Positions 1 to 8,258 of a stretch of DNA of 64,000 nucleotides are shown here, one piece after another. Under the pieces are notes generated by a model. The model was not told the origin of the DNA, did no database searches, and saw nothing but the letters and a program-made list of their open reading frames with translations. This stretch comes from Candidatus Saccharimonadota bacterium. Lineage in GTDB: Bacteria > Patescibacteriota > Saccharimonadia > Saccharimonadales > Saccharimonadaceae. Where the stretch lies: contig JAFRLA010000030.1 of assembly GCA_017431465.1 (NCBI GenBank), positions 276-64,275 on the forward strand, written 5' to 3'. The stretch's first letter is position 1. Every line of letters starts with the position of its first letter. The translations under genes and the position numbers were made by a program.

Positions 1-347
1 TCGTTTGTTGTGTGCCACTGCTTCTAGAAGTCAATTTCGTAAATATCTTGATCTATAATCTTGGTTTTTATACTGCAGTACGAATTATGCGCGAAATAAT
101 CTATACGGACGTAATCATGTTCTCAAAAATTAAACCATACAACGATAAATACAACGTGGAATTTTTTGCCGTACGCGAAATTCTATTAAATACTGGCCGC
201 GCACTTGGATATGCTGCGCTTGCTTTTGCCGCATTGCCGACCCTTGGGCTAGCTAGCGGCCTTAAATTAGTATTCATCATTGTTATTGCTGCGATTACAC
301 TGATGGGCTTACTTTCGGCAAATTTCCGCGTATACCGCCGAAAATAA
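1..347 (+). CDS. membrane protein, C-terminal part; the 5' end lies outside the window
   Basis: The reading frame is open to the window edge (no stop upstream of the GTG at 12). It has a hydrophobic C-terminal segment, a TAA stop at 345-347 and a hairpin terminator directly after. Confidence 0.5.
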   Translation, partial: VCCVPLLLEVNFVNILIYNLGFYTAVRIMREIIYTDVIMFSKIKPYNDKYNVEFFAVREILLNTGRALGYAALAFAALPTLGLASGLKLVFIIVIAAITLMGLLSANFRVYRRK

Positions 348-350
348 AAA

Positions 351-370
351 CGAGCCTTCCGGCTCGGTTT
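351..370 (+). terminator. rho-independent terminator-like hairpin
   Basis: cgagcc-ttcc-ggctcg followed by gttt, immediately after the stop codon. Confidence 0.5.
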
Positions 371-372
371 CG

Positions 373-447
373 TGGTACCGCCAGCTGGAATCGAACCAGC
401 ATTGTACCCTTAGAGGGGGTATGTCCTATCCGTTGAACGATGGCGGC
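373..447 (-). tRNA. tRNA, probable Arg (anticodon UCU), with an unusual C at position 33
   Basis: Manual cloverleaf: acceptor GCCGCCA/TGGCGGT, D arm GTTC/GGAC, anticodon stem TACCC/GGGTA, loop CCTCTAA, T arm GCTGG-TTCGATT-CCAGC, encoded ACCA. Confidence 0.75.
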
Positions 448-462
448 AACTTACTTTTATGA

Positions 463-468
463 TATAAT
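463..468 (+). promoter_or_regulatory. -10 box TATAAT 6 nt upstream of the ATG at 475 (leaderless-type start)
   Basis: gaTATAATaaaactATG; no Shine-Dalgarno sequence is possible in a 6-nt spacer. Confidence 0.55.
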
Positions 469-474
469 AAAACT

Positions 475-903
475 ATGAGATCAGTCAAGCATAAGCTCTT
501 TGCACCAATCGCTCGGAAGATTTCTATCGGCGTAGTTATTATCTCGGTTTTAGCCGTAGCAGGGAACTTGGCTGCGAGTGCTTACTTTTCGCCTGAGAAA
601 ATTGTCGAACGCGAGATGACAAAAATCGCGAAAGACTATTATGAGAACTATTTCTATGAAAATTACACCGAAAAATATCTTTCCCAGAAGGATAAGCTAG
701 AACGACTAGAAAAAAATGGTTTTCCGTATGTCTACCTTCGCCAACTTTTGCATTATGATAACGGCAAACACGCAGATTCTGCGCCAAACTTCCGCTACGA
801 GGGTTATACCTGCGATACGAATAAAACCCATGTGATTTTTTACCCAACAGTACCATACGGCCGCACAGATTACCGCGCCGAGTACCACTACGAATGTAAG
901 TAG
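475..903 (+). CDS. hypothetical N-terminally membrane-anchored or secreted protein
   Basis: 142-aa ORF with an N-terminal hydrophobic segment (ISIGVVIISVLAVAGNLAASAY) and a TATAAT-N6-ATG start. No family recognised. Confidence 0.6.
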   Translation: MRSVKHKLFAPIARKISIGVVIISVLAVAGNLAASAYFSPEKIVEREMTKIAKDYYENYFYENYTEKYLSQKDKLERLEKNGFPYVYLRQLLHYDNGKHADSAPNFRYEGYTCDTNKTHVIFYPTVPYGRTDYRAEYHYECK

Positions 904-966
904 CTCGAGAGGGCTTTACTTTTCCTAGATTTTTGGTATAATTTTAAGAGTACATTTTGTTTTTAT

Positions 967-1041
967 GGTCTCGTAGTATAACGGTTAGTACATCGGGTTT
1001 TCATCCCGACAACGCGGGTTCGACTCCCGCCGAGATCACCA
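967..1041 (+). tRNA. tRNA-Glu (UUC)
   Basis: Cloverleaf GGTCTCG...CGAGATC-A-CCA, anticodon loop TTTTCAT, T loop TTCGACT. Confidence 0.9.
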
Positions 1042-1044
1042 GTA

Positions 1045-1073
1045 TTGACATTCACCCCTATCTGTGATATAAT
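1045..1073 (+). promoter_or_regulatory. consensus sigma70-type promoter TTGACA-17-TATAAT
   Basis: TTGACA at 1045-1050, a 17-nt spacer and TATAAT at 1068-1073. It lies inside the hairpin that follows tRNA-Glu. Confidence 0.6.
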
Positions 1074-1095
1074 AGAACAGATGGGGGCGTTTTTT
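1055..1095 (+). terminator. hairpin plus T-run after tRNA-Glu
   Basis: cccc(t)atctgt at 1055-1065 pairs with acagatgggg at 1077-1086, followed by gcgTTTTTTattt. Confidence 0.45.
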
Positions 1096-1153
1096 ATTTA
1101 AGAACGCTCGTTGTAGCAATTTTCAGCGAAATTCACTTCAGGAGGTGGTTTGT

Positions 1154-1558
1154 ATGTTCGACATGGAGAATGTCAAAAAGCCCATTCGCCCCAGGCAGAT
1201 TATCTGGGACGCATCCAATGTCTCACGAGTAAAGTTGGGAGCAGTACTCGGCGCCGGATCGTTGCCGCCGGGCACGTTTATCAAACTCAATAGAACTTTC
1301 TTCGATGCGGATGATGACATGGAGGATATTAAAGCTTTCGTAGATTTCTGCGAAGAGCAGGGCTACCTAATAATTCTCGAGGTTAATCTTCCAGAGATAG
1401 ACCCAGACGCTATCACGCCGAACGAGGCATTCGAAGCTGGCGCAGCTAGCATTATGGTCAGCGAAGCCTTGACTGGCGACGACCCTCAGGGAGCGCTCAC
1501 CGAATGCATCGGTGCGAACTACGGCAGAATCATTGAGAATATCCAAATGGGGAAGTAA
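1154..1558 (+). CDS. hypothetical protein
   Basis: The ORF has AGGAGG at 1140-1145, 8 nt before the ATG at 1154, and a strong terminator follows. No family recognised. Confidence 0.6.
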   Translation: MFDMENVKKPIRPRQIIWDASNVSRVKLGAVLGAGSLPPGTFIKLNRTFFDADDDMEDIKAFVDFCEEQGYLIILEVNLPEIDPDAITPNEAFEAGAASIMVSEALTGDDPQGALTECIGANYGRIIENIQMGK

Positions 1559-1576
1559 GTAGTGAGTTTTTTTGAA

Positions 1577-1604
1577 AGACCCGGCGTATGTCGGGTCTTT
1601 TTTT
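1577..1604 (+). terminator. rho-independent terminator
   Basis: agacccg-gcgtatgt-cgggtct followed by TTTTTTT. Confidence 0.7.
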
Positions 1605-1632
1605 ATTGTCTTTATGGTATAATTATAACAAT

Positions 1633-3066
1633 ATGAGTAAACAACTATTTAAGAGAACCAAAATTTTGGCTACGATTGGCCCGTCTGTTTTTACAGAAGA
1701 AAAAATCAACGAATTAATCATGGCAGGCGTAAATGGCTGCCGCCTAAACTTTTCCCACGGCGATTATGTCGAGCGTGATCAACAGATCGCTTGGATCAGA
1801 AAAGCCGCCGAGAACAAAGGTCGCTCCGTCGCGATTTTACAGGATCTCCAAGGTCCAAAAATCCGTCTCGGCGTCCTTAAAAACGACAAAATGGATGTCA
1901 AAAAAGGCGACATCTTAATCCTTGACCACTCGGTCGAAGAACACGATGGCAGTAAGCGTCTCCCGGTCCAGTACAACCTTGCTGATAAAGCGAAACCGGG
2001 CGAGCCGATTTACATTTTCGACGGCAAAATTAAAACGAAAGTCCTAGAAATCGAAAGTCCATCTGCGGTTAAAGTTGAGGTCGAAAACGACGGTTTCATC
2101 ATGAGCCGTAAAGGTTTGAACCTGCCGGATACCGACTTTGGTGGCGATATTATTACCGAGAAAGATATGGCCGATATTGAGTTCGGCGCGAGTCGCGATT
2201 TCGATTACGTTGCTTTGAGCTTCGTTCAGTCCGCTGAAGATATTAATAAGTTGCGTCAGATTCTACTTTCCCACGGTTCGACCGCTCGCATCGTTGCGAA
2301 AATCGAAACCAAAAAAGCGATTGAGAGCGACGAAACTATGGAAGCTATCGTCGAGGCGACCGATGGTATTATGGTCGCGCGTGGCGATATGGCCGTCGAG
2401 GCTGGCGCCGAAGTTGTGCCGATTGTTCAGAGAAAGTTAATCGCGCTTTGTCGCAAACATTCGAAGATGTGTATCGTCGCGACCCAGATGATGGGCTCGA
2501 TGGTTGATAATCCGGAGCCTTCCCGCGCGGAAGTTTCCGACGTAGCGAACGCCGTGATTCAGGGCGCCGACGCCGTCATGCTTTCCGATGAGACCGCGAA
2601 CGGTAAATATCCAGTCGAGGCGGTTCTCGCGATGAAAAACACGATTTTATATACCCAAAATCATTCGCACGTTCGCGAGGTCGACGATGTTTCCGGCGAC
2701 TTCAAGAGCTACGATGCGATTTCCGAAGCTGCGGCCAGACTTGCCGAGAAAATCGAGGCGGATATTATTATTTGTCAGACCGCGACCGGCACAACCGCTT
2801 CGGCGATTGCCGCCCAGCGTCCAAATGTCCCGATTATTACCGTGACTTCTAATCCGCGCGTGGCTGGTCAGCTCGCTTTGACCTACGCGAACTCGGCCTT
2901 TGTCCGCCCATATTCCGACACTTATGGTCTTGACCTTGCGCAAGAATTGAAGGCGAACGGTTATCTCCAAATGGAAGATGGCCAGACCGAGCTTACAGGT
3001 GTTATTGTTTCCGGTGGCAAGGATAAAATCGGTAGTACCGACACCATCCAAATCGTAACAGTATAA
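1633..3066 (+). CDS. pyk: pyruvate kinase
   Basis: Motifs KILATIGPS, NFSHG, DLQGPKIR, MVARGDMAVE and MLSDETANGKYP. The start is set at ATG 1633, downstream of TATAAT at 1618-1623. Confidence 0.95.
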   Translation: MSKQLFKRTKILATIGPSVFTEEKINELIMAGVNGCRLNFSHGDYVERDQQIAWIRKAAENKGRSVAILQDLQGPKIRLGVLKNDKMDVKKGDILILDHSVEEHDGSKRLPVQYNLADKAKPGEPIYIFDGKIKTKVLEIESPSAVKVEVENDGFIMSRKGLNLPDTDFGGDIITEKDMADIEFGASRDFDYVALSFVQSAEDINKLRQILLSHGSTARIVAKIETKKAIESDETMEAIVEATDGIMVARGDMAVEAGAEVVPIVQRKLIALCRKHSKMCIVATQMMGSMVDNPEPSRAEVSDVANAVIQGADAVMLSDETANGKYPVEAVLAMKNTILYTQNHSHVREVDDVSGDFKSYDAISEAAARLAEKIEADIIICQTATGTTASAIAAQRPNVPIITVTSNPRVAGQLALTYANSAFVRPYSDTYGLDLAQELKANGYLQMEDGQTELTGVIVSGGKDKIGSTDTIQIVTV

Positions 3067-3083
3067 TATATAGGAGGTTTTGC

Positions 3084-4145
3084 ATGGTAGCGACCATAAA
3101 AGATGTAGATTTTAAAGGACAAAACGTCCTCGTTCGGGTGGATTATAATGTGCCCATGCAGGATGGGAAAATCACCGACGATCTTCGCATCGTCGCCAGT
3201 CTCCCAACCATTAAATATTTGCGCGAGCATGGTGCACGCCGAATCGTCTTAATATCGCACTTCGGTCGGCCGGAAGGGAAACGCGCTCCAGAACTATCGC
3301 TCAAGCCGATCGCAGAGCATCTCCAAAAATTAATACCAGACACAAAGGTGGAATTTGTTGACGAGGTCTCTGGACCAGAAGTCGAGGAAGCTGTTGAGAA
3401 TCTTCCAGATGGCGGAATTTTAGTTCTCGAAAATCTAAGATTTTTCCCAGGCGAAGAGGCGGATTCGGACGAATTTGCTCGCGAGATTGTTGATGCTACT
3501 CATGCTGATCTGTTCGTACAAGACGGATTTGCAGTCATCCACCGAGCCCATGCTTCTACTGACGCAGTTGCGCGTGAATTGCCAAGTGTTGCCGGATTGT
3601 TGCTAGGAAAAGAGATTGCGAATTTATCGAAGGTTGCCGACAACCCGAAACATCCGTTTCTTGTCGTAATTGGTGGCGCAAAAGTTGAAGACAAACAGCC
3701 GCTGATCGACAAATTTCTACCAGTTGCGGACCAGATTTTTGTAGGTGGAAAAATTGCCGCAGACGGATATAAATCGGATAATCTAAAAATCGTCGTTGCT
3801 AGTGATTTTTCCGACGACCAAAAATTTGACATCGGCGAGGAATCTACGGCAAAGGTCCTAGAACTAGCCAGTCGCGCGAAGACCGTCCTCTGGAATGGCG
3901 CGCTCGGCAAGGCCGAAGATAAGGAGTATGAAAAAGCCTCGAAAGCTCTTGCTGAATTTCTCGGCCAGCATCCGGAAATCACTTCTGTAATTTGCGGCGG
4001 TGACACGACTAGCTTTGTCGAAAACTTGCAAAAACAAGAGCCTAATCTAGAATATATGCTCGTTTCTACCGGTGGCGGCGCGGCGTTGGAACTCCTTACC
4101 GGCGAAGACCTACCTGGACTAGAGGCGCTAGAAGGCGAGAATTAG
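3084..4145 (+). CDS. pgk: phosphoglycerate kinase (short form, 353 aa)
   Basis: Motifs RVDYNVP, ISHFGRP, GGAKVEDK, WNG..G and STGGGAALE. AGGAGG lies upstream. Confidence 0.9.
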   Translation: MVATIKDVDFKGQNVLVRVDYNVPMQDGKITDDLRIVASLPTIKYLREHGARRIVLISHFGRPEGKRAPELSLKPIAEHLQKLIPDTKVEFVDEVSGPEVEEAVENLPDGGILVLENLRFFPGEEADSDEFAREIVDATHADLFVQDGFAVIHRAHASTDAVARELPSVAGLLLGKEIANLSKVADNPKHPFLVVIGGAKVEDKQPLIDKFLPVADQIFVGGKIAADGYKSDNLKIVVASDFSDDQKFDIGEESTAKVLELASRAKTVLWNGALGKAEDKEYEKASKALAEFLGQHPEITSVICGGDTTSFVENLQKQEPNLEYMLVSTGGGAALELLTGEDLPGLEALEGEN

Positions 4146-4168
4146 CACTCTTGACCTACGAGTGCTAA
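4142..4168 (+). terminator. hairpin spanning the pgk stop codon, with the clpC -35 box in its loop
   Basis: ttagcactc at 4142-4150 pairs with gagtgctaa at 4160-4168. The loop ttgacctac contains TTGACC. Confidence 0.4.
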
Positions 4169-4179
4169 TTTGCTATAAT
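4151..4179 (+). promoter_or_regulatory. promoter TTGACC-17-TATAAT, 6 nt upstream of the clpC ATG
   Basis: TTGACC at 4151-4156, TATAAT at 4174-4179, ATG at 4186. Confidence 0.6.
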
Positions 4180-4185
4180 GAGAGT

Positions 4186-6657
4186 ATGAACGAAGAATTC
4201 AATGACATCATGAATCACCTCTCTGAAAATGCACGCTTTGTGCTGCAAAAGGCTGATTTTTTCAGCAAACAGTATAACAAGGGGTATATGGGAACGGAGC
4301 ATCTGCTTCTCGGTATTCTGGAGCAGGATACCTGTTCTGCGGCGCAACTTCTCCATGAGGAGGGGATTACCTTTGAAGACATTGATAAAATGATGAACAA
4401 AAACAGCTCGGTTGATCCAAAAACCGGCGGAGCAATGGCCATGATGTCTCTTTCTGAAGCGACAGTTTTAACTTTGCGGATGGCTTCGACCTTCGCTCGC
4501 GAGCAGGGCTCAGACACTATCGGTACAGAACATATTCTCCTGGCTTTGATTTCCCAGCCAAACTCGCGCGCAACCAAGCTATTAGAAGCGAAAAAAATTG
4601 ATTTAGATGCGCTGGCTGATAAATTGGAAAATTTCGCTGAAGAACAAGCGAAGATGTATGAGCGAGAAAAAGAGCGTGAAAAATACTTGAAGCCGAAGTT
4701 GAAATGGCTAGCGAAATTTGGGCAAGATCTAACGGAAATGGCAAGGAATGGCGAACTCGATACAGTCATTGGCCGCGATTCGGAAATCGAGCGCGCAGTT
4801 ACGGTGCTGTGTCGTCGAACAAAATCAAACCCGGTTTTGATTGGCGAAGCTGGCGTTGGTAAAACTGCGATTGTCGAAGGCATCGCCGAGCGAATTGCAA
4901 AAGACGAAGTTCCAGGTGCTTTGATCGGCAAACATATTTATCAAGTTGATCTTTCCGCCATGGTTGCCGGCACAAAGTTTCGTGGCGAATTTGAAGAACG
5001 GATCAAAGGCGTAATTGATGAAGCGGTTGAAGATCCTTCGGTCATTCTATTTATCGACGAGCTACACCTTTTGACTGGCGCTGGGTCTTCCGAAGGTTCG
5101 ATGGACGCCGCGAATATCTTAAAACCAGCGCTCGCGCGCGGTAAAATCCATCTGATTGGTGCGACTACTAACGACGAATACCGTAAGAATATCGAAAAGG
5201 ACAAGGCCCTTTCTCGTCGCTTCCAGACCGTCGTAGTTGAAGAGCCGAGTCCAAAAGTTACGCTTCAAATTTTAAAGGGCGTAAAAAAGCATTATGAGAA
5301 ACACCATGGCGTAGAGATCCCAGATAACATTTTGGAAACTGCCGTGAATATGTCTCGCCGCTATATCAATGATCGCTATATGCCAGATAAAGTAATTGAT
5401 GTGATTGACGAGGCCTCTGCTATTGCTAAAGTTGAAGCAGACAAAAAAGACGGCGGGAAATACAAGAAGTTGAAAATTGAAGAGAAGTCTCTAAATGAAA
5501 AAATTGAAGAGGCTGCCGATAACGAAGACTATGAAAAGGCGGCAGAGTATAAAACGAAACTCGCGCAAATTGAAGATGAATTAAAAGCGCTCCAGAAGTC
5601 TGGCGCGGATAAAGTCCCAAGATTGACCGAAGATCATCTCGCGAAGGCCGTTTCGCTAAAAACTGGCATTCCAGTTTCTAAAGTGCATGGCGATGAATTA
5701 GAACTGCTGACTAAGTTGGAAGATCATATTGACAAAGCGATTATCGGGCAAGACGAAGCAGTCCATACTGTCGCAAAGGCAATTCGTCGCGGTCGTTCAG
5801 GGATTGCTAATCCGAATCGTCCGATCGGCTCCTTCTTATTTATGGGTCCGACCGGCGTTGGTAAAACTGAACTTGCCCGCGTGATTGCGCGCGAAGTTTT
5901 TGGCGGAGAAAATGCTCTCTTTAAAATCGATATGTCCGAATTTGGCGAAAAGCACAATGTTTCACGTCTCGTCGGTGCGCCGGCCGGCTATGTTGGCTAT
6001 GATGATGGTGGGAAGTTGACCGAAGCAATTCGCCGCCGCCCATATTCAGTTGTTTTGTTTGATGAAATTGAGAAAGCCCATCCAGACGTATTTAATTTAC
6101 TTCTCCAGATTTTAGAGGACGGCGTTTTGACCGATGGGCAAGGCAACAAAGTAAAATTCAACAACACTGTTGTAATTTTGACATCAAACCTTGGGTCCGA
6201 AGCGATGTACGAAGAGGACAATTTTGGTTTTTCTGCCTCTAAGAAAAAAGACAAAAAGGCTCGAGAAGCTGAATATGCGCTCCAAAAGTCCGCCGCAATG
6301 AGGGCTCTGAGAAAGCAAATGCGTCCAGAGCTCATCAACCGGCTTGACGCTATCTTGGTCTTCCACCCGCTAACCGAAAAACAAGTCGAGCAAATTTTTG
6401 ACACGATGTTAGAAGACCTTAAGAAGCGCATTGCGACAAAGAGTGTTGGTTTGAAAATTACGCCGGAGGTCAAGGCCCATATCATTAAAATTGGCTACGA
6501 TCCAAAGAATGGCGCGCGGCCACTCCGTCGTGCTATCGAAGACAACTTGGAATCCTTAATTTCCGATGCAATTATCTCCGGTGAGATTAAAAAAGGCGAC
6601 ATCGCCGTCATAAAAATGGTCAAGAATGAGCTGAAATTATCGGTGGGGAAGGAGTAG
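4186..6657 (+). CDS. clpC: ATP-dependent Clp protease ATPase subunit, ClpC-type
   Basis: It has Clp_N repeats and two Walker A sites (GEAGVGKT, GPTGVGKT). A UVR-like motif (DYEKAAEYKTKLAQIEDEL) lies between the AAA modules. Confidence 0.9.
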   Translation: MNEEFNDIMNHLSENARFVLQKADFFSKQYNKGYMGTEHLLLGILEQDTCSAAQLLHEEGITFEDIDKMMNKNSSVDPKTGGAMAMMSLSEATVLTLRMASTFAREQGSDTIGTEHILLALISQPNSRATKLLEAKKIDLDALADKLENFAEEQAKMYEREKEREKYLKPKLKWLAKFGQDLTEMARNGELDTVIGRDSEIERAVTVLCRRTKSNPVLIGEAGVGKTAIVEGIAERIAKDEVPGALIGKHIYQVDLSAMVAGTKFRGEFEERIKGVIDEAVEDPSVILFIDELHLLTGAGSSEGSMDAANILKPALARGKIHLIGATTNDEYRKNIEKDKALSRRFQTVVVEEPSPKVTLQILKGVKKHYEKHHGVEIPDNILETAVNMSRRYINDRYMPDKVIDVIDEASAIAKVEADKKDGGKYKKLKIEEKSLNEKIEEAADNEDYEKAAEYKTKLAQIEDELKALQKSGADKVPRLTEDHLAKAVSLKTGIPVSKVHGDELELLTKLEDHIDKAIIGQDEAVHTVAKAIRRGRSGIANPNRPIGSFLFMGPTGVGKTELARVIAREVFGGENALFKIDMSEFGEKHNVSRLVGAPAGYVGYDDGGKLTEAIRRRPYSVVLFDEIEKAHPDVFNLLLQILEDGVLTDGQGNKVKFNNTVVILTSNLGSEAMYEEDNFGFSASKKKDKKAREAEYALQKSAAMRALRKQMRPELINRLDAILVFHPLTEKQVEQIFDTMLEDLKKRIATKSVGLKITPEVKAHIIKIGYDPKNGARPLRRAIEDNLESLISDAIISGEIKKGDIAVIKMVKNELKLSVGKE

Positions 6658-6660
6658 GTT

Positions 6661-7665
6661 TTGAGAAGCGCTTACCATAATAAGAGACCGCATAAAATTA
6701 CTGGAGCAATTATCCTTGTCGTTGTAGTCGGTTTGCTCATTTTTGGCGGAATCTATGCGGATAAATTGGAGCACTTTATGAGCGATTTGATCTCCAATAT
6801 GCGCTATTCTGGGTCGCCAGAAATTACTGAAATTGCCGACAAACTACAACTTACTAGCCGCGGCCGTTTTGTCTTCGGCTCGACGAACCCGGCCATTGAG
6901 GATTACAATGAGTTCAACGCACACTGCAATAGTCACGATAGAGACACATCGATGCTCGGTTGCTACGGAAACAACAAAATGTATATCTATAATGTGACTG
7001 CTGAAGAATTAGCCGGCATTAAAGAGTCTACTGCCGCACACGAACTTATGCATGCGGTTTGGGATCGGATGCCCGAAAGCGAAAAAGCGGAACTATCGGG
7101 AATTATACTGGACGAATATAATAATGGCGAAGCGCACGAACGGTTACAGAAAGAGCTGAAAAATTATGATGAAGACGAGATTGTCGACGAGCTTCATTCT
7201 CGCTTTGCTACAGAAGTGAAAAAGTTGCCCGAGAAATTAGAGGAGCATTATGCTGAATATTTTGCTGATCAGGATGCGGTCGTAACATTTTATGAAAATT
7301 ACCGCGCGCCGTTCGAGAAGTTAGAGTCTAAATTCCAGGAGCTATCCGACGAGATGGAAGAGATCAAAAATGAATACGATGAAAAAGAAGCTGAGTACGC
7401 GACGCGCGCCGAAAAATTTTCGCGTGCCGCTGATGAATTTAACAGTTGTGCCGCGGAGCTAGACTGTTTCCCTAGCAAAGCTGCTTTCGACGCCCGCCAC
7501 AATGAATTACTTGCTGAACAAAACGCTCTGGATGAGATCTATGATGAGCTCTCGGCGATTGTCGATCGATATAATAGTAAAGTAGACGAGTATAATAGTA
7601 ATGTATTAAGTGGCGAAAAATTAGATAATATGATGAATAGTAATAAGGTTGAAGAAATAAAGTAG
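6661..7665 (+). CDS. membrane-anchored putative zinc metallopeptidase-like protein (HExxH) with a coiled-coil tail
   Basis: TTG start 3 nt after the clpC stop, an N-terminal TM segment, an [11 protein letters not shown] motif and a Glu/Lys-rich heptad-like C-terminus. Confidence 0.55.
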   Translation: MRSAYHNKRPHKITGAIILVVVVGLLIFGGIYADKLEHFMSDLISNMRYSGSPEITEIADKLQLTSRGRFVFGSTNPAIEDYNEFNAHCNSHDRDTSMLGCYGNNKMYIYNVTAEELAGIKESTAAHELMHAVWDRMPESEKAELSGIILDEYNNGEAHERLQKELKNYDEDEIVDELHSRFATEVKKLPEKLEEHYAEYFADQDAVVTFYENYRAPFEKLESKFQELSDEMEEIKNEYDEKEAEYATRAEKFSRAADEFNSCAAELDCFPSKAAFDARHNELLAEQNALDEIYDELSAIVDRYNSKVDEYNSNVLSGEKLDNMMNSNKVEEIK

Positions 7666-7676
7666 AAAGGAGATAT

Positions 7677-8258
7677 ATGAAAAACTATTTAGTTCCAACC
7701 GTAGTCGAAGAAACCAACAAAGGCGAACGCGCCTATGACATCTACTCGCGTCTTTTAAACGACCGAATTGTGTTCCTCGGCGAGGATGTTAACCCGCATA
7801 CCGCAAACCTCGTAATTGCACAGCTGTTGTTTCTAGCCCATGAGGACCCGAAGAAAGATATTAAATTATATATTAACTCTCCGGGTGGCAGTGTTTATGA
7901 TGGCCTTGCAATTATCGACACGATGAATTACATTGAGCCGGATGTTCAGACGATCGGTATCGGTCTTCAGGCTTCGATGGGCGCGATGCTACTTTCTTGT
8001 GGCGCAAAAGGCAAACGCTCGGTTCTCGAGAACTCGCGTATTATGATCCACCAGCCATCTTCTGGCACAGAAGGAAAAATTACCGACCAAGAAATTATGC
8101 TAAAAGAGGGCATTTTCTTGAAAAAGCGTCTTGCTGAAATTTTTGCGAAGAATACCGGAAAGAGCATTGAACAAGTAGAAAAAGACATGGATCGGGACAA
8201 CTGGATGTCTGCTGAAGAGGCAAAGAAATACGGAATCATAGACGAGATTATTAAATAA
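7677..8258 (+). CDS. clpP: ATP-dependent Clp protease proteolytic subunit
   Basis: Motifs [20 protein letters not shown] (catalytic Ser) and IMIHQP. Confidence 0.95.
   Translation: MKNYLVPTVVEETNKGERAYDIYSRLLNDRIVFLGEDVNPHTANLVIAQLLFLAHEDPKKDIKLYINSPGGSVYDGLAIIDTMNYIEPDVQTIGIGLQASMGAMLLSCGAKGKRSVLENSRIMIHQPSSGTEGKITDQEIMLKEGIFLKKRLAEIFAKNTGKSIEQVEKDMDRDNWMSAEEAKKYGIIDEIIK

Noticed and set aside
1588-1632. Upstream extensions of annotated starts: pyk from 1588, clpC from 4162, pheS from 51584, FKBP from 54960, rarA to 39725, ppa to 38480, and the 57952 GTG ORF.
   Set aside because: The extensions would run through terminators or -10 boxes and add non-conserved hydrophobic or odd residues. 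The downstream ATGs sit at the canonical distance from a TATAAT or an SD and begin with family-typical N-termini.
4215-4931. 238-aa ORF antisense to clpC, plus other long minus-strand ORFs at 5997-6485, 3500-4006 and 2647-3051.
   Set aside because: They are shadow ORFs lying entirely inside genes with unambiguous family motifs (clpC, pgk, pyk). They have Ser/Arg/Ala-biased composition, no promoter or SD, and no recognisable motifs.
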